DNA of 43,137 bases from contig JABWCP010000027.1 in NCBI GenBank assembly GCA_013360215.1, forward strand, positions 1 through 43,137, given 5' to 3'. This document shows, in pieces, positions 33,101 to 42,160 of the stretch (position 1 is the first letter of the stretch; the number at the start of each line of letters is the position of its first letter). The DNA is from a bacterium (GTDB lineage Bacteria; CLD3; SB21). A model generated the notes under the pieces. It ran no database searches and was not told the origin of the DNA. It saw only the letters and a program-made list of their open reading frames with translations. The position numbers were made by a program, and so were the translations under genes.

Positions 33101-35371
33101 CTTTTTACCTTCTTCATAAGCTCGCTGAAACTCGCGTGCTGCTTTATAATTTTCTTTTTTACCCTGGAAGTATTCGGCGTGCTTGAAAATGGAGAAAAAT
33201 ATAACTTGAACCGCTTCCGTCTTTTGCTCAGCGCTTACTTCAGAATTTTCCAACAACTTGCGTGCAACAATTTCCGAACTGCGGAAATCTTTTTTATCGC
33301 GATAGGTTTGCATCAGGTAACGTTGCGCCAAACGCGCTTTATCGCTCTTTGGATACCGTGTTACAATCGTATTAAAATACTGCGATGCCCGCGCAAAGTC
33401 ATTATGCGAGAAGTAAATGCCGCCGGCGTAGGCTAAGAAGTCGGGTGTTTTATAACCCGGTTTCGTCATTACCGGTTTCGGATTTTCCAATGAATCGGTC
33501 GGATACAATGCGGATGTATCCGGGAAAAGGCGTGCGTAATTGTTGATCGCATCAAGCAGTTTGGATTCACTTGGTGTAATTGGCAATATACTGTCCATCG
33601 GCACGTCTTTGGGACGTGTGAAAGGACGAGCACGATATAACGAGTCGGCAATCACGTACGCATTCATAGCCGATTTGAAACGATATTGATCGTATGGGTA
33701 CAATGTCGCGACTTTGATAAAGTCTTCATACGCCGTATCCAGCATTTTAAAAAATGCAAATTCGATAAACGCCATATTGTAATGGAATTTATACGCAAAT
33801 GTATCCACAGGAAAAAATGTGATAAACTGACGGCTAAAGTCCATCGCTACACGCCAGTCTTTGAGATCATTACTCAACGAGGCTTCGCCGTAATAATACA
33901 AAATGTTATCTACTAACACGTCGCGCGCCATACGATTGGCCCGAATGACTAAGTCTTTATCCGTCATGGCTACAGACCAGTCGCTGCCGGGGCGGTATGA
34001 ATTATACAGCTTATAACGATGGAAAATCACGCTGTCCAAAAGCGACTTGGCAACCGCTTTATTTTGTGTACCGCGCTGCATACGTTCGAAGGTATTGATC
34101 ACTTTGAACTGCGCGTCCGCTGTACGCCAAAATAGAGGATAGGTATTAATCAACGTGTTATACGCATACAACGCTAAGGTATCTTTTTGCTCAAGATTAT
34201 AAGATTCGCCCAATTGCCAAATAATTTCCGGAGCGTAGCGTTTTTCACTGAGTTTAGCTTCATCGATGTACGACTTAATCAATTTGTATCCGCCATCCGC
34301 CGTACCTTGCGCGAGATCTATTTGTTCACCCCAGCGGTTAAAACTGATACCGATATAAACGAGCGCCTCGACATCAAGTTCTTGGCTGAAATTATTGTAA
34401 TAACGCGCCGAATCCACATCATCTACGAGGTATGTGAAATAACTTATCGCTTTAGGATAATCACCGAGACGATAATGCGTCCAAGCTAACTTATAAACAG
34501 CCTCCTGAAAGCGTTCGGCTTGGGGGTAATCTAAAACTTTGCTATAATTTTTGATAGCCTTCTGCAAATCGGCATCGCCGCCGCGTTGAAAATAATATTC
34601 ACCGATGCGGTTATAGCATTCACCCGCGTATTTACTGTCGGGAAAACGAACAGCCAAATCCTGATAAATTTTCAATGCTTCGCGTTGTCTACGGTCGCCA
34701 TCATTGATAAAGCGTTCATCGCCGCGAGACTTGAGTTGACGGCCTTCCGCCTCACGGAAAAAAGCGATATTATACATCGCATCAACGACATACGGGCTTT
34801 CCGGGAAATTATCCATTAACTGCTGGTATGTTTTGATGACTTCCGTATAATCCATCTCCGGATCCGGCAAAAGTTGCGGCCCCGGATATTGATTCATCTC
34901 TTGTTCTATTTCTTTATCCGTTTTTTTCTGCGCGACAAGATTGGTGCGGAAATCCTCTTTACGACGTTCGTATTCATTGAGAATTTTTTGATTTTCCGTC
35001 GCTATCGAATCAGAAACAACAGAGAAGTTATCATTCATAATCTGATAGAGGTACTCCGCGCGCTGCAAAAGTACAAGCGCCGTCGTGGCCGTGCCGGAAC
35101 CCGATTTATCAAGAAACTCTTTGCTCTGTTTGATGCCTTTATCGAGCAGTTGAACCCGTTCGGTTTCCAACTTATTGCGTTGTAACTCAAGTTCTTCTTT
35201 GAGTTTCAACAGATCTTCACTGGAAACGCTTTCGAGGGTTACCGTGTCTTTGTTTGACTTGTTCCCGGTGCCGCGTTGTGCGTAAAGCGCCGTTTGGGAG
35301 ACCAATCCGGCTAAAAGCACCAGTGCAATCCATTTTCCTGATCGTAAAACCAATGTCATACGCGTATCCAC
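30113..35371 (-). CDS. Large secreted TPR protein (GltD/AgmU-like) with C-terminal jelly-roll (sugar-binding-like) domain
   Basis: Signal peptide (..TALYAQ); many TPRs (YQQLMDNFPESPYVVDAMYNIAF; RIGEYYF; AVYKLAWTHYRLGDY); C-terminus W....FNDGKW..PIW [insert] YFRTYF..VDGYYEFYLNG..GRNVLGI. GTG start overlaps the upstream TAG (alternative ATG 35359). Confidence 0.85.
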   Translation of the reverse strand: MDTRMTLVLRSGKWIALVLLAGLVSQTALYAQRGTGNKSNKDTVTLESVSSEDLLKLKEELELQRNKLETERVQLLDKGIKQSKEFLDKSGSGTATTALVLLQRAEYLYQIMNDNFSVVSDSIATENQKILNEYERRKEDFRTNLVAQKKTDKEIEQEMNQYPGPQLLPDPEMDYTEVIKTYQQLMDNFPESPYVVDAMYNIAFFREAEGRQLKSRGDERFINDGDRRQREALKIYQDLAVRFPDSKYAGECYNRIGEYYFQRGGDADLQKAIKNYSKVLDYPQAERFQEAVYKLAWTHYRLGDYPKAISYFTYLVDDVDSARYYNNFSQELDVEALVYIGISFNRWGEQIDLAQGTADGGYKLIKSYIDEAKLSEKRYAPEIIWQLGESYNLEQKDTLALYAYNTLINTYPLFWRTADAQFKVINTFERMQRGTQNKAVAKSLLDSVIFHRYKLYNSYRPGSDWSVAMTDKDLVIRANRMARDVLVDNILYYYGEASLSNDLKDWRVAMDFSRQFITFFPVDTFAYKFHYNMAFIEFAFFKMLDTAYEDFIKVATLYPYDQYRFKSAMNAYVIADSLYRARPFTRPKDVPMDSILPITPSESKLLDAINNYARLFPDTSALYPTDSLENPKPVMTKPGYKTPDFLAYAGGIYFSHNDFARASQYFNTIVTRYPKSDKARLAQRYLMQTYRDKKDFRSSEIVARKLLENSEVSAEQKTEAVQVIFFSIFKHAEYFQGKKENYKAAREFQRAYEEGKKLGYGKRNELAIAMFNSGVEYYNSKELKRSIAVFEAYADTFKDTKEAPAALWNVQNMYSDMKEMKTAAQVGERLVDRYPNYADGSRSSEVALYNSEYFFEQSSKQAAAKGDSNEAKDLNRQAIRVSEKFVKLFPKSQYTPELDFNIAKLYFAINDEEKAYQKYTQYARAYPNDKRNVQALYDVGVNHLKKNRRADAIVSFQEAKKKSDNLKAQRLDYNKFFSSESVYELAKLRYEDFTKVTIKEPNITLKEDQKLAIVQDLMTYYDAITSYAQYRTYEAAYYRGLVREEFGDALANREFKKEKDIAKLVKAQTESFYGASLVYKAAVQEYINAGSFLDKVYKKLTDDEKELTDSITKKYASKPDSAQIIIKILTEGKTAKDRDYSLLRQKEMALQYRDLSRSKISHILYQVADAKRLIFETIQSAPVPPEFKPGSLELAAFQQLTLDKAITPAAQEAIKAYEEAVKQMDSLGINDKYMAECRRNMIRFSAIVPGEYAKLSFQMMEQYKKFSDQYREIVSKGDTYVDKKTGKDFYTIFYEIPTEMQTYITQFAKPFGEKAVKGYSAAVTQAKEKGLYGEEDARQIQREMFAFAYDYAKLNYTESDTSDKYYKTYEATYFQNQADETMAYYTDASQTYSQNLTFTREIAKSVLEEAFSAAQELEMAKIVADPNGTGPDDKIIQTDNVELRKILALLGKYDQYYAKLLKLKTYTNFYASNYETWLSSPKADDSWQTTGFNDGKWYAAAAPPSTMKLGHKILEEHKAYPIWIGLGQRFSVPELPKELVPEKAPEVPPTIDTATVKTGGQDSSATENANGEAAAPSEESETTDTTTTQSYITRRYVLADFTMQDTNAKPIYSQDQINKIMDTAKVAYFRTYFNVKGSPLSGKLYVAVDGYYEFYLNGAFVGTALQESGEADSIGNVLETTELFIENFAQGRNVLGIMMHDRESPKEHHGIRIVLEVTEIEDPTAAIRDAAPPEGQELKNTLFRRGRVAKGK

Positions 35372-38247
35372 TATGATTTAAATATTTTTTTCGTATGGGT
35401 TGATTCCTCATCGCGTCGGATAAAAACCGACACGCGGTGCGACTTTTCCGCAACATCATTCACAGCTTGGGTGCGGGATATGATCATATACCGTAAGCTC
35501 TGCGTAGTTTCGCCATCCATCAACAGCGCAGACTCACCATTAGAACCGCCGCCGGATGTCGAATCGGCCGTCGCATTTTCTTCTTTGGTTTGAGTGTCCG
35601 GCGCCGATGTGCTCGAGGCCGAATCGGCCGGGGCCGACTTCACCGTCGAGTCACCTTGTACCGTTTCCGAAGGAGGCAATTCTTCATCGACCGCTCCTTC
35701 TTCCTGTTGCTGTTCCTGCGGCGCCTCAATCGGTTTGGTATCAATTACGATAACTTCCGGCACCACATCATTATAATCAAACGGATCGTTTTCAGGTTTT
35801 TCACTGGACTTATCGAGGAAGTATTCTTTTTGAAAAAATGTCTGCTGTTCGCGGCGCACCTCTTGAAGTTCTTTATCGCGAATTTCGCGTTCCTTCAATT
35901 CGATCTCGCGCTCCACCTCAGCAATACGGAGCTCATAGTTTCTTTTTCGTGTTTCTAAGATTTTATCAATCTGAGCAACCGCTTTTCCGATATCGCCGAT
36001 CTGTTCCGATTTCGTCGAATTGAGTACGAAGTTGATATTATTTCGGCCGTAGCTTGCAAAATCACCCCAGGTATCCAAGTCAACGTAGCTTTCGGCCGGT
36101 GCATCGGCTAAAAGCAGAACTTCGTAATCACTTAATCGGTAATATAATCCGGCCAGTTTATTACGTTCAAAATCCAGTTTAAGCATCGCGCTTTGGTTAT
36201 TCCGCTCACGCGCTGTTTTCATCAGATCATCAATCTGGAAAAGTTGATTTTGCACCAACTGTTTTTCACGACCGATTTTTTCACGCAGAACACTCTGTTG
36301 GCGGTTACGTGCTTCCATTTCGCTTATCGTTCGCGAAATTTTATGTTTCTGAAAATACGTTTCAATTTCAAGCGCGGCTAACTGATCCGTCGAGCCTTCC
36401 GAAGCATCTATGCGGTTTTTCTCTAAATAGTTTTCAGCACCAATTTGTTGAAAATCCGAAATCTGATTCGAAAGCTGTTTGCCAAATTTTTCTTCGTCTT
36501 CTTTATTGCCGCTTTCGCGCGCTTCGCGCAACTTGGCTTCCGTTACGCGGATCTTACTGGCCATGACCGACATGGTCTGATAAAAACCGGCCGACTTACC
36601 TTCACGGATACGGTTATAACCGTTGTTTTCCAAGGCATCACTGAGTTGGCGGTGCAATTCGTCATAGCGCATAAAACTCGCGCTATCGTTTTTGATGCGT
36701 GCGACACGTTTTGCGTCTTCGAGCATCATCAATGTTTTGCGTGTCGAATCGCGTTCGGCAATAAATTGATCCGCGAGATATTTGGCTTCCGTAGCCTCCG
36801 CGACAAAATTATATGATTCGACCGCATATAACTCGCGATCGCGATCCGTCAATGTTGGATCCAACACTTTGATATTGCCCAACAGTGTTTTGGTTTCAAA
36901 TAAATAATCGCTGGCAGGATATAAGTTAACCAACGAATCCGCGAATATGCGCGCCGTATCGATATCGTTGTCTTTGAATGAAGCCCAAGATGCGATCAAC
37001 AGCGCGGCATCATGATATTCTGAACTGCGCTGTATTTTTTTCATGTATGGAAATACGGCGTTGAATTTTTGTCCGTTGATCGTTTGCTCGAACTTGATGA
37101 AAGATGCTTTGAGCAACGAGAGATCTTTCAGGCGTTTTTGATCTTCTACGGTAAAGCGCGGATTGTTCGGTTCGATTTTCGTAACATGAACAAATTCTTC
37201 CAGCGCTTCGTTGTATTGTTCCAATCCGACGTAACAATGCGCTACCAAATAACGCGCCGGCCAATAGTAACGCGATTCTTTGGATACTTTGCGCAGTGCG
37301 GCTATCCCGGTTGTATAATCTGAAGTGGAAAAAAATGTCAAACCGGCCAAATAAAAAGCTCGGTTGTAACGGTTATCATCTTTAGGACGTTCCGGAGCTT
37401 TAGCGAGGTATTCGCCGTAGTACTTTTGCATCGCGGAACGATCTTCTTTGATGTACGCCATCGTAATCTGTGTGTACAATGCCCGTTCTACGTATGGCGA
37501 GGTGGTCATCTCGGAAACCAATTTATCGAACCAGGTTTTCGCGTTATCAAAATCTTTCATCCGGTAATAACTGTCACCGATATAATAAAGTACATCATCC
37601 CATTCGTTGAGAACAGTATTGTACGTCTCATAAATATCCTGCAACTCCGCAGCTGCGGCCGAGTAACTTTCTTCCTTGTAACGACGCAGTGCAATTTTGA
37701 GGTGGTGTTGGACCATGCGACGTATATCATCGGGTGTTCCGCTCTTGACCAATCGGGAGCGAATAGCCATCGCATCTATTTTGGTCATACCAAGATCCAT
37801 CGCATACAAACGCTGATACTCCATGTGGAGCTCATTCAATGCTTTCTGATCGGTATATCCGGGAAGAACGCGATTACTCTTTTTCATACCCTCAAGATTC
37901 TCTTTGATGGTATTCATGCGCAAACGAATCGAGTCACGCATTTCTTTGCGCGCAAAAGGCAACCCTTCCGTACCGGGCGGAATTGCAATTTTTTTATCAC
38001 GACGGTACCAAAACTCTTCACGCGTCGTAGACATCAGGTCAAGAATCATCACCTCGTTATCAAGGTAACGATACGCAAAACTTTCGTCGAGGCTGTTTAT
38101 GTAGCTTTTAACGCTCGCACGGTATTCAGCGCGGGCTTCTTTTTCTTGCGCCGTGCCAGTACCGGTCACCACTGTCAAACTCAGTCCGCAGAGCGCGGTC
38201 TTCAATAAACGGCCACACGATACGCGGGTGCGAATACTCAAATTCAT
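35371..38247 (-). CDS. Secreted TPR/coiled-coil protein (GltC-like by position) with acidic low-complexity tail
   Basis: Signal peptide (..GTGTAQE); TPRs (VLYYIGDSYYRMKDFDNAK; ARYLVAHCYVGLEQYNEA); coiled coil ELRIAEVEREIELKEREIRDKEL; E/Q/S/T-rich tail. Confidence 0.82.
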   Translation of the reverse strand: MNLSIRTRVSCGRLLKTALCGLSLTVVTGTGTAQEKEARAEYRASVKSYINSLDESFAYRYLDNEVMILDLMSTTREEFWYRRDKKIAIPPGTEGLPFARKEMRDSIRLRMNTIKENLEGMKKSNRVLPGYTDQKALNELHMEYQRLYAMDLGMTKIDAMAIRSRLVKSGTPDDIRRMVQHHLKIALRRYKEESYSAAAAELQDIYETYNTVLNEWDDVLYYIGDSYYRMKDFDNAKTWFDKLVSEMTTSPYVERALYTQITMAYIKEDRSAMQKYYGEYLAKAPERPKDDNRYNRAFYLAGLTFFSTSDYTTGIAALRKVSKESRYYWPARYLVAHCYVGLEQYNEALEEFVHVTKIEPNNPRFTVEDQKRLKDLSLLKASFIKFEQTINGQKFNAVFPYMKKIQRSSEYHDAALLIASWASFKDNDIDTARIFADSLVNLYPASDYLFETKTLLGNIKVLDPTLTDRDRELYAVESYNFVAEATEAKYLADQFIAERDSTRKTLMMLEDAKRVARIKNDSASFMRYDELHRQLSDALENNGYNRIREGKSAGFYQTMSVMASKIRVTEAKLREARESGNKEDEEKFGKQLSNQISDFQQIGAENYLEKNRIDASEGSTDQLAALEIETYFQKHKISRTISEMEARNRQQSVLREKIGREKQLVQNQLFQIDDLMKTARERNNQSAMLKLDFERNKLAGLYYRLSDYEVLLLADAPAESYVDLDTWGDFASYGRNNINFVLNSTKSEQIGDIGKAVAQIDKILETRKRNYELRIAEVEREIELKEREIRDKELQEVRREQQTFFQKEYFLDKSSEKPENDPFDYNDVVPEVIVIDTKPIEAPQEQQQEEGAVDEELPPSETVQGDSTVKSAPADSASSTSAPDTQTKEENATADSTSGGGSNGESALLMDGETTQSLRYMIISRTQAVNDVAEKSHRVSVFIRRDEESTHTKKIFKS

Positions 38248-38331
38248 TCCGACCTTCCTGTGAAGATTAGCAAAAGACCGTCGTCGGCCTTTGGAATTTA
38301 ACCTAAGGATTTGTTTTATCTAATTTCAGCG

Positions 38332-38360
38332 AATTTAGGCGTTTTAAAAAGTGAAGTCAA
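38332..38360 (-). promoter_or_regulatory. Sigma70-like promoter of the Agl-Glt-like operon (TTGACT-17-TAAATT)
   Basis: Minus strand TTGACT-tcactttttaaaacgcc-TAAATT, ~85 nt upstream of ATG 38247; a leader hairpin AAAGGCCG-ACGA-CGGTCTTT follows at ~38272-38292. Confidence 0.6.
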
Positions 38361-38401
38361 GTTATTTTATTAAGTTACGTTAAACGGACGGCTGCCGTAT
38401 T

Positions 38402-38986
38402 TCAGTTCACGTCGCGGAACCATTTGTGTGAAATAATGATCGGTTTGTAATGTTGCAGATAATCAAAAAGTGAAGGCACATCCGGGATTAATGGGCACAA
38501 ACCTACCGCTTCGGGCTTGATAAACTGACCGGCACTGGCCGAACGAATAAATTCACCGATCGCGTCATAGAACCCATTGATATTGAGCAGCGCCGCAGGC
38601 TTTTGTATGGCATTGAGTTGGCGTAATGTAACAATTTCGAATATCTCCTCCAACGTACCGTACCCGCCGGGCAAAGCCACAAACGCATCGGCACGCGATT
38701 CCATCACGGCTTTACGTTCACGCAAATCGCGCGTCACGATCATCTCATCCGCTTGTGCATTACTGATACCATGCTTGGCTATCACTTCGGGAATAACACC
38801 GACTACATGTCCTCCATGGCTTTTGACACTGGTCGCTACAAGGCCCATTAAGCCGACGGTCGTTCCGCCATAGATCAGTGACCATCCGTTATGGACGATC
38901 GCCGCTCCTAATTCTTCCGCGGATCGTTTATGTACATCGCTAACGGCATCACTGGACGAACAAAACACACATAATGAACGCATCAC
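38402..38986 (-). CDS. LOG family nucleotide phosphoribohydrolase (TIGR00730-type)
   Basis: CVFCSSS, LIYGG..GLMG, VVGVIP, ERK..M, PGGYGTLEE motif. Confidence 0.92.
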   Translation of the reverse strand: MMRSLCVFCSSSDAVSDVHKRSAEELGAAIVHNGWSLIYGGTTVGLMGLVATSVKSHGGHVVGVIPEVIAKHGISNAQADEMIVTRDLRERKAVMESRADAFVALPGGYGTLEEIFEIVTLRQLNAIQKPAALLNINGFYDAIGEFIRSASAGQFIKPEAVGLCPLIPDVPSLFDYLQHYKPIIISHKWFRDVN

Positions 38987-38995
38987 GCGTAAACC

Positions 38996-39877
38996 TCATT
39001 TTTTAGCAGACACATAGCCCATTAATTTATAAGCCATTTTAGCTAGTGCATAATCGGAAAACGGGAACTGTTTGTGGGGCGCCAGTTCCACGATATCAAA
39101 ACCGATCACCGTGCGGCGTTCGCATACTTTGCGAAGAAACGCCATGGTGGGATACCATTCCAAACCACCCGGCTCGGGCGTCCCGGTCGCCGGTATAATA
39201 CTGGGATCCAGTCCATCGCAATCTATGGTGATATACACTTTTTCTTTCAATGCGTGAATCGCCTCGAGCATCCATTCGTCCCCGCTGCCGACAATATCCT
39301 TCGCGTAAAAGGTTTGAATGTTGTTCTGCTGAATCAGTTTCCGTTCCTCGATACATTGCGCGCGAATACCGATTTGAACAATGTTTTTATTAAAATCCCA
39401 AATACGCTTCATAACACATGCGTGACTCCACGGCGTATCATGGTACGTTTCGCGCAAATCCGAATGCGCGTCAATCTGTAGTACGGAGAAATCATCGCCT
39501 AAGCGATCGTGGAATGCGCGTACGATCGGCGAGGTTACCGTATGTTCGCCCCCGAGGCATACGGGCATTTTTTGGTCATCTAAAATTTTTCCAACGGCCT
39601 GCTGGATTTGTTTCATCGCTTTTTCACCTTTGTTCTTTCCAAAGGTTACCGGTTTAAGCGTGGCAATGCCAAAGTCATATACGCTATCGCGATCCAGCTC
39701 TTCATCATAAAACTCAACCATCTGCGAAGCTTTAATGATCGCTTTGGGGCCCTTACGCGTTCCCTGACCATAACTGGTTGTTGCTTCGTAAGGAATCGGC
39801 AAAACGGCAAATTTGGCCGTTTTGTAATCCGATAATTTTTTTTCTATGCCCAAAAAGTTATCGGGTGTTTTACTCAT
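38996..39877 (-). CDS. speB: Agmatinase (ureohydrolase family)
   Basis: PYEATTSYGQGTRKGP, GGEHT, DAHSDLR, SHAC, IDCDGLDP, TGTPEPGGL, DIVELAP. Confidence 0.9.
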   Translation of the reverse strand: MSKTPDNFLGIEKKLSDYKTAKFAVLPIPYEATTSYGQGTRKGPKAIIKASQMVEFYDEELDRDSVYDFGIATLKPVTFGKNKGEKAMKQIQQAVGKILDDQKMPVCLGGEHTVTSPIVRAFHDRLGDDFSVLQIDAHSDLRETYHDTPWSHACVMKRIWDFNKNIVQIGIRAQCIEERKLIQQNNIQTFYAKDIVGSGDEWMLEAIHALKEKVYITIDCDGLDPSIIPATGTPEPGGLEWYPTMAFLRKVCERRTVIGFDIVELAPHKQFPFSDYALAKMAYKLMGYVSAKK

Positions 39878-39945
39878 GATATTTCTCCGAAATTAAACTA
39901 GGTGATTTTTATAAATCTATGCCGGTTACCATACATCAAAATATA

Positions 39946-42054
39946 TCATGCAGACCATACGTCACGATCCATCGCGTCATGATCCGGATCGAGTGGAATA
40001 CCGCCGCGCAAGGGCTTGGTTTCCAGATTATTACGCCCATCAAACAGACCCACGGAAAAACGACACGGTAAAGGAATGCGCGAACGTATTATGCGCCACT
40101 CTGCAATTTCACCGAAGACCCAATCCTGAGTATGTACATTCAACTCCTGTGCATGCACTACGCGCTGGCCTTCATAATCAAAAAAAGCCTGTACAGTAAA
40201 TTTTTTTTCGCGCAACAAAGTAATTTGATCGGGTGAAAAATTCAACCGGATGTAGAGATAATGTTCATCAAATCCGAATTGAATGCTATCGAACCAAACT
40301 TGGCCGCCGCTCATGGTATCGGCATCTTTTGATGCGGCATAAAAACCGGCATCGCGCCATTCGTAAAACGAAGATTCTTTGCCGTCAATACGCGGTCGGA
40401 GGAGTGCTTTGGGGCGATGCAGCACAGGCTCTTTTTTACGGTCGGCCATGATCGGAACAAATAATTTTTCATGCGCGGGTTCGCCCAATGCGTCGTATAC
40501 GCGACGTAAAAAATAACGAAACAGCACATCAAATCGCGTTTTGTGGCGCGCCTGATGATCGTCGCCCATCCACCAAAACCAATCGCTGCCCTCCGCGATA
40601 GCCATCATTTCCCATGCATGATCCAATTTTTCAAACGTATATTTTCCGCTCTTGCGCGCCGTTTCGAGGAATAAACGCGTTTCCGTGAGATATTCCCACG
40701 CCGTATTTTTTTCCGGATGCGAACCGATCCAGACGTCGAAATTATGAGCAATCCATGAACCCGGATGAATGTGATGTATTTCCGGCAATTGCGGCGTTTG
40801 TATTTTCATCAAATAATCATTGATGCGAACGGTCTCTATGGTTTGCGACGTGGATAGGCGAAGATACAAAGCACGTAGGAATTCGCGACCGTTGTTGGGA
40901 TAATATTCCCAGCAATTTTCGCCGTCCAGAATAATGCTCACCAATCTTTGCGACGGATCCAGCCCGCGACGTATCAGATCTTCACGAATGGCTTCCAAAT
41001 GCGACACAAACTCGGCGGCGGCTTTTTCCGGCGGCATGGCGGCATAACGAAATCCGATCGCATCGGAGAGACCGTGATCGCGGAATAACACGACCACTTC
41101 GGACTTGGAAGTACGGATGCGATACGGTTGATACGGATCGCCCGGAGTTCGCGACTCGGAGCGCATCAATATCTCTTCATCCGTCGCAACCCATCGGAAC
41201 CCTTCTTCGGCGATTTGTCCGATCACGGCTTGGCTGACGCTGCCTTCGGACGGCCACATCCCGCGCGGTGCAAAGCCCATACGCGACTGGAAAAATTCGC
41301 GTGCGGCACGGATATGCCAATGCGCGTCATCCGGATAAACAAATGCTTTTTCCGAAAGCGTCGTATGCGGGTTGGATTTTTGCGCGATGGCCGTATCATT
41401 CAATAACGGTAAAATCGGATGGTACAGCGGTGTGACGGAAATTTCGATTTGTTGTTCGCGCGCCAACCGCCGGTAGAGAGGAATGATTTTTCTTAAAATA
41501 TCCAAATGCGCCGCTAAAACGCCGGCTTTGTCGGATTCGCTAAAACCACGACCCTTTTGGATCCACGAACGAAACGGTTCTTTCGTTTTCCACGATTCGC
41601 CGATCCAGCACAGATTGTACCACATCTGAAGATCGCACCAGTCTTCGACGGAAAACTGTCGCCACTCGGAGCGGCGGTCTAATAATTCTTTATACCGCGG
41701 ATTGGGTGCGATCATTCGCTCTTCGTGGGCCAGAAAAAAGTCGTCTATGATTTGCTCGCGATCATGTTCGTTTAATTGACCGGCCGGCAACCGCGTCAAT
41801 CGCATAATATGATCTTCCACACCGTGTTCGGTATAATCTTCGATCTGCATCAGCAGTGAAGGCACCAAATTAAAGTTTTGTTTGAGCGTAGGGAAGTCGG
41901 TGAGATAATTAGGAATATCGAAATAATCTTTTACACCATGCAGGCGCACCCAAGGCATTGCAAAAAATGGTTTGCCATCCGGCGCGGCCACTTTGTAATA
42001 CGGCTGGTGCTGGTGCCACAAGAAAGCGACGTTAAGAGTTTGTTCCGATGCCAT
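39946..42054 (-). CDS. Glycoside hydrolase family 57 (amylopullulanase-like)
   Basis: WHQHQP, HPILPL, WPSEGS (nucleophile), ILDGEN (acid/base), AEGSDWFWW; start MASEQ at 42054. Confidence 0.92.
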   Translation of the reverse strand: MASEQTLNVAFLWHQHQPYYKVAAPDGKPFFAMPWVRLHGVKDYFDIPNYLTDFPTLKQNFNLVPSLLMQIEDYTEHGVEDHIMRLTRLPAGQLNEHDREQIIDDFFLAHEERMIAPNPRYKELLDRRSEWRQFSVEDWCDLQMWYNLCWIGESWKTKEPFRSWIQKGRGFSESDKAGVLAAHLDILRKIIPLYRRLAREQQIEISVTPLYHPILPLLNDTAIAQKSNPHTTLSEKAFVYPDDAHWHIRAAREFFQSRMGFAPRGMWPSEGSVSQAVIGQIAEEGFRWVATDEEILMRSESRTPGDPYQPYRIRTSKSEVVVLFRDHGLSDAIGFRYAAMPPEKAAAEFVSHLEAIREDLIRRGLDPSQRLVSIILDGENCWEYYPNNGREFLRALYLRLSTSQTIETVRINDYLMKIQTPQLPEIHHIHPGSWIAHNFDVWIGSHPEKNTAWEYLTETRLFLETARKSGKYTFEKLDHAWEMMAIAEGSDWFWWMGDDHQARHKTRFDVLFRYFLRRVYDALGEPAHEKLFVPIMADRKKEPVLHRPKALLRPRIDGKESSFYEWRDAGFYAASKDADTMSGGQVWFDSIQFGFDEHYLYIRLNFSPDQITLLREKKFTVQAFFDYEGQRVVHAQELNVHTQDWVFGEIAEWRIIRSRIPLPCRFSVGLFDGRNNLETKPLRGGIPLDPDHDAMDRDVWSA

Positions 42055-42104
42055 CGCTTGTGAAGTTTTATAAATAATGAAAAACCGTAAAACAATATAC
42101 GAAT

Positions 42105-42137
42105 AAAAAAAATGGGTTGCCACAAAAGCAACCCATT
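42105..42137 (-). terminator. Intrinsic terminator
   Basis: Minus strand AATGGGTTGC-TTTTGTG-GCAACCCATT followed by a T run, 24 nt after the stop at 42161. Confidence 0.8.
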
Positions 42138-42160
42138 AATATAACTTTTAAAATTTACGC

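Noticed and set aside
37426-38208. 260-aa plus-strand ORF (and similar ones such as 13025-13675)
   Set aside because: Fully antisense to well-supported genes; no recognisable motifs.
1-38247. Giant adhesin as the cargo of the Agl-Glt-like motor
   Set aside because: Attractive, but the loci are ~15 kb apart, separated by aspS and terminators; nothing in the sequence links them.
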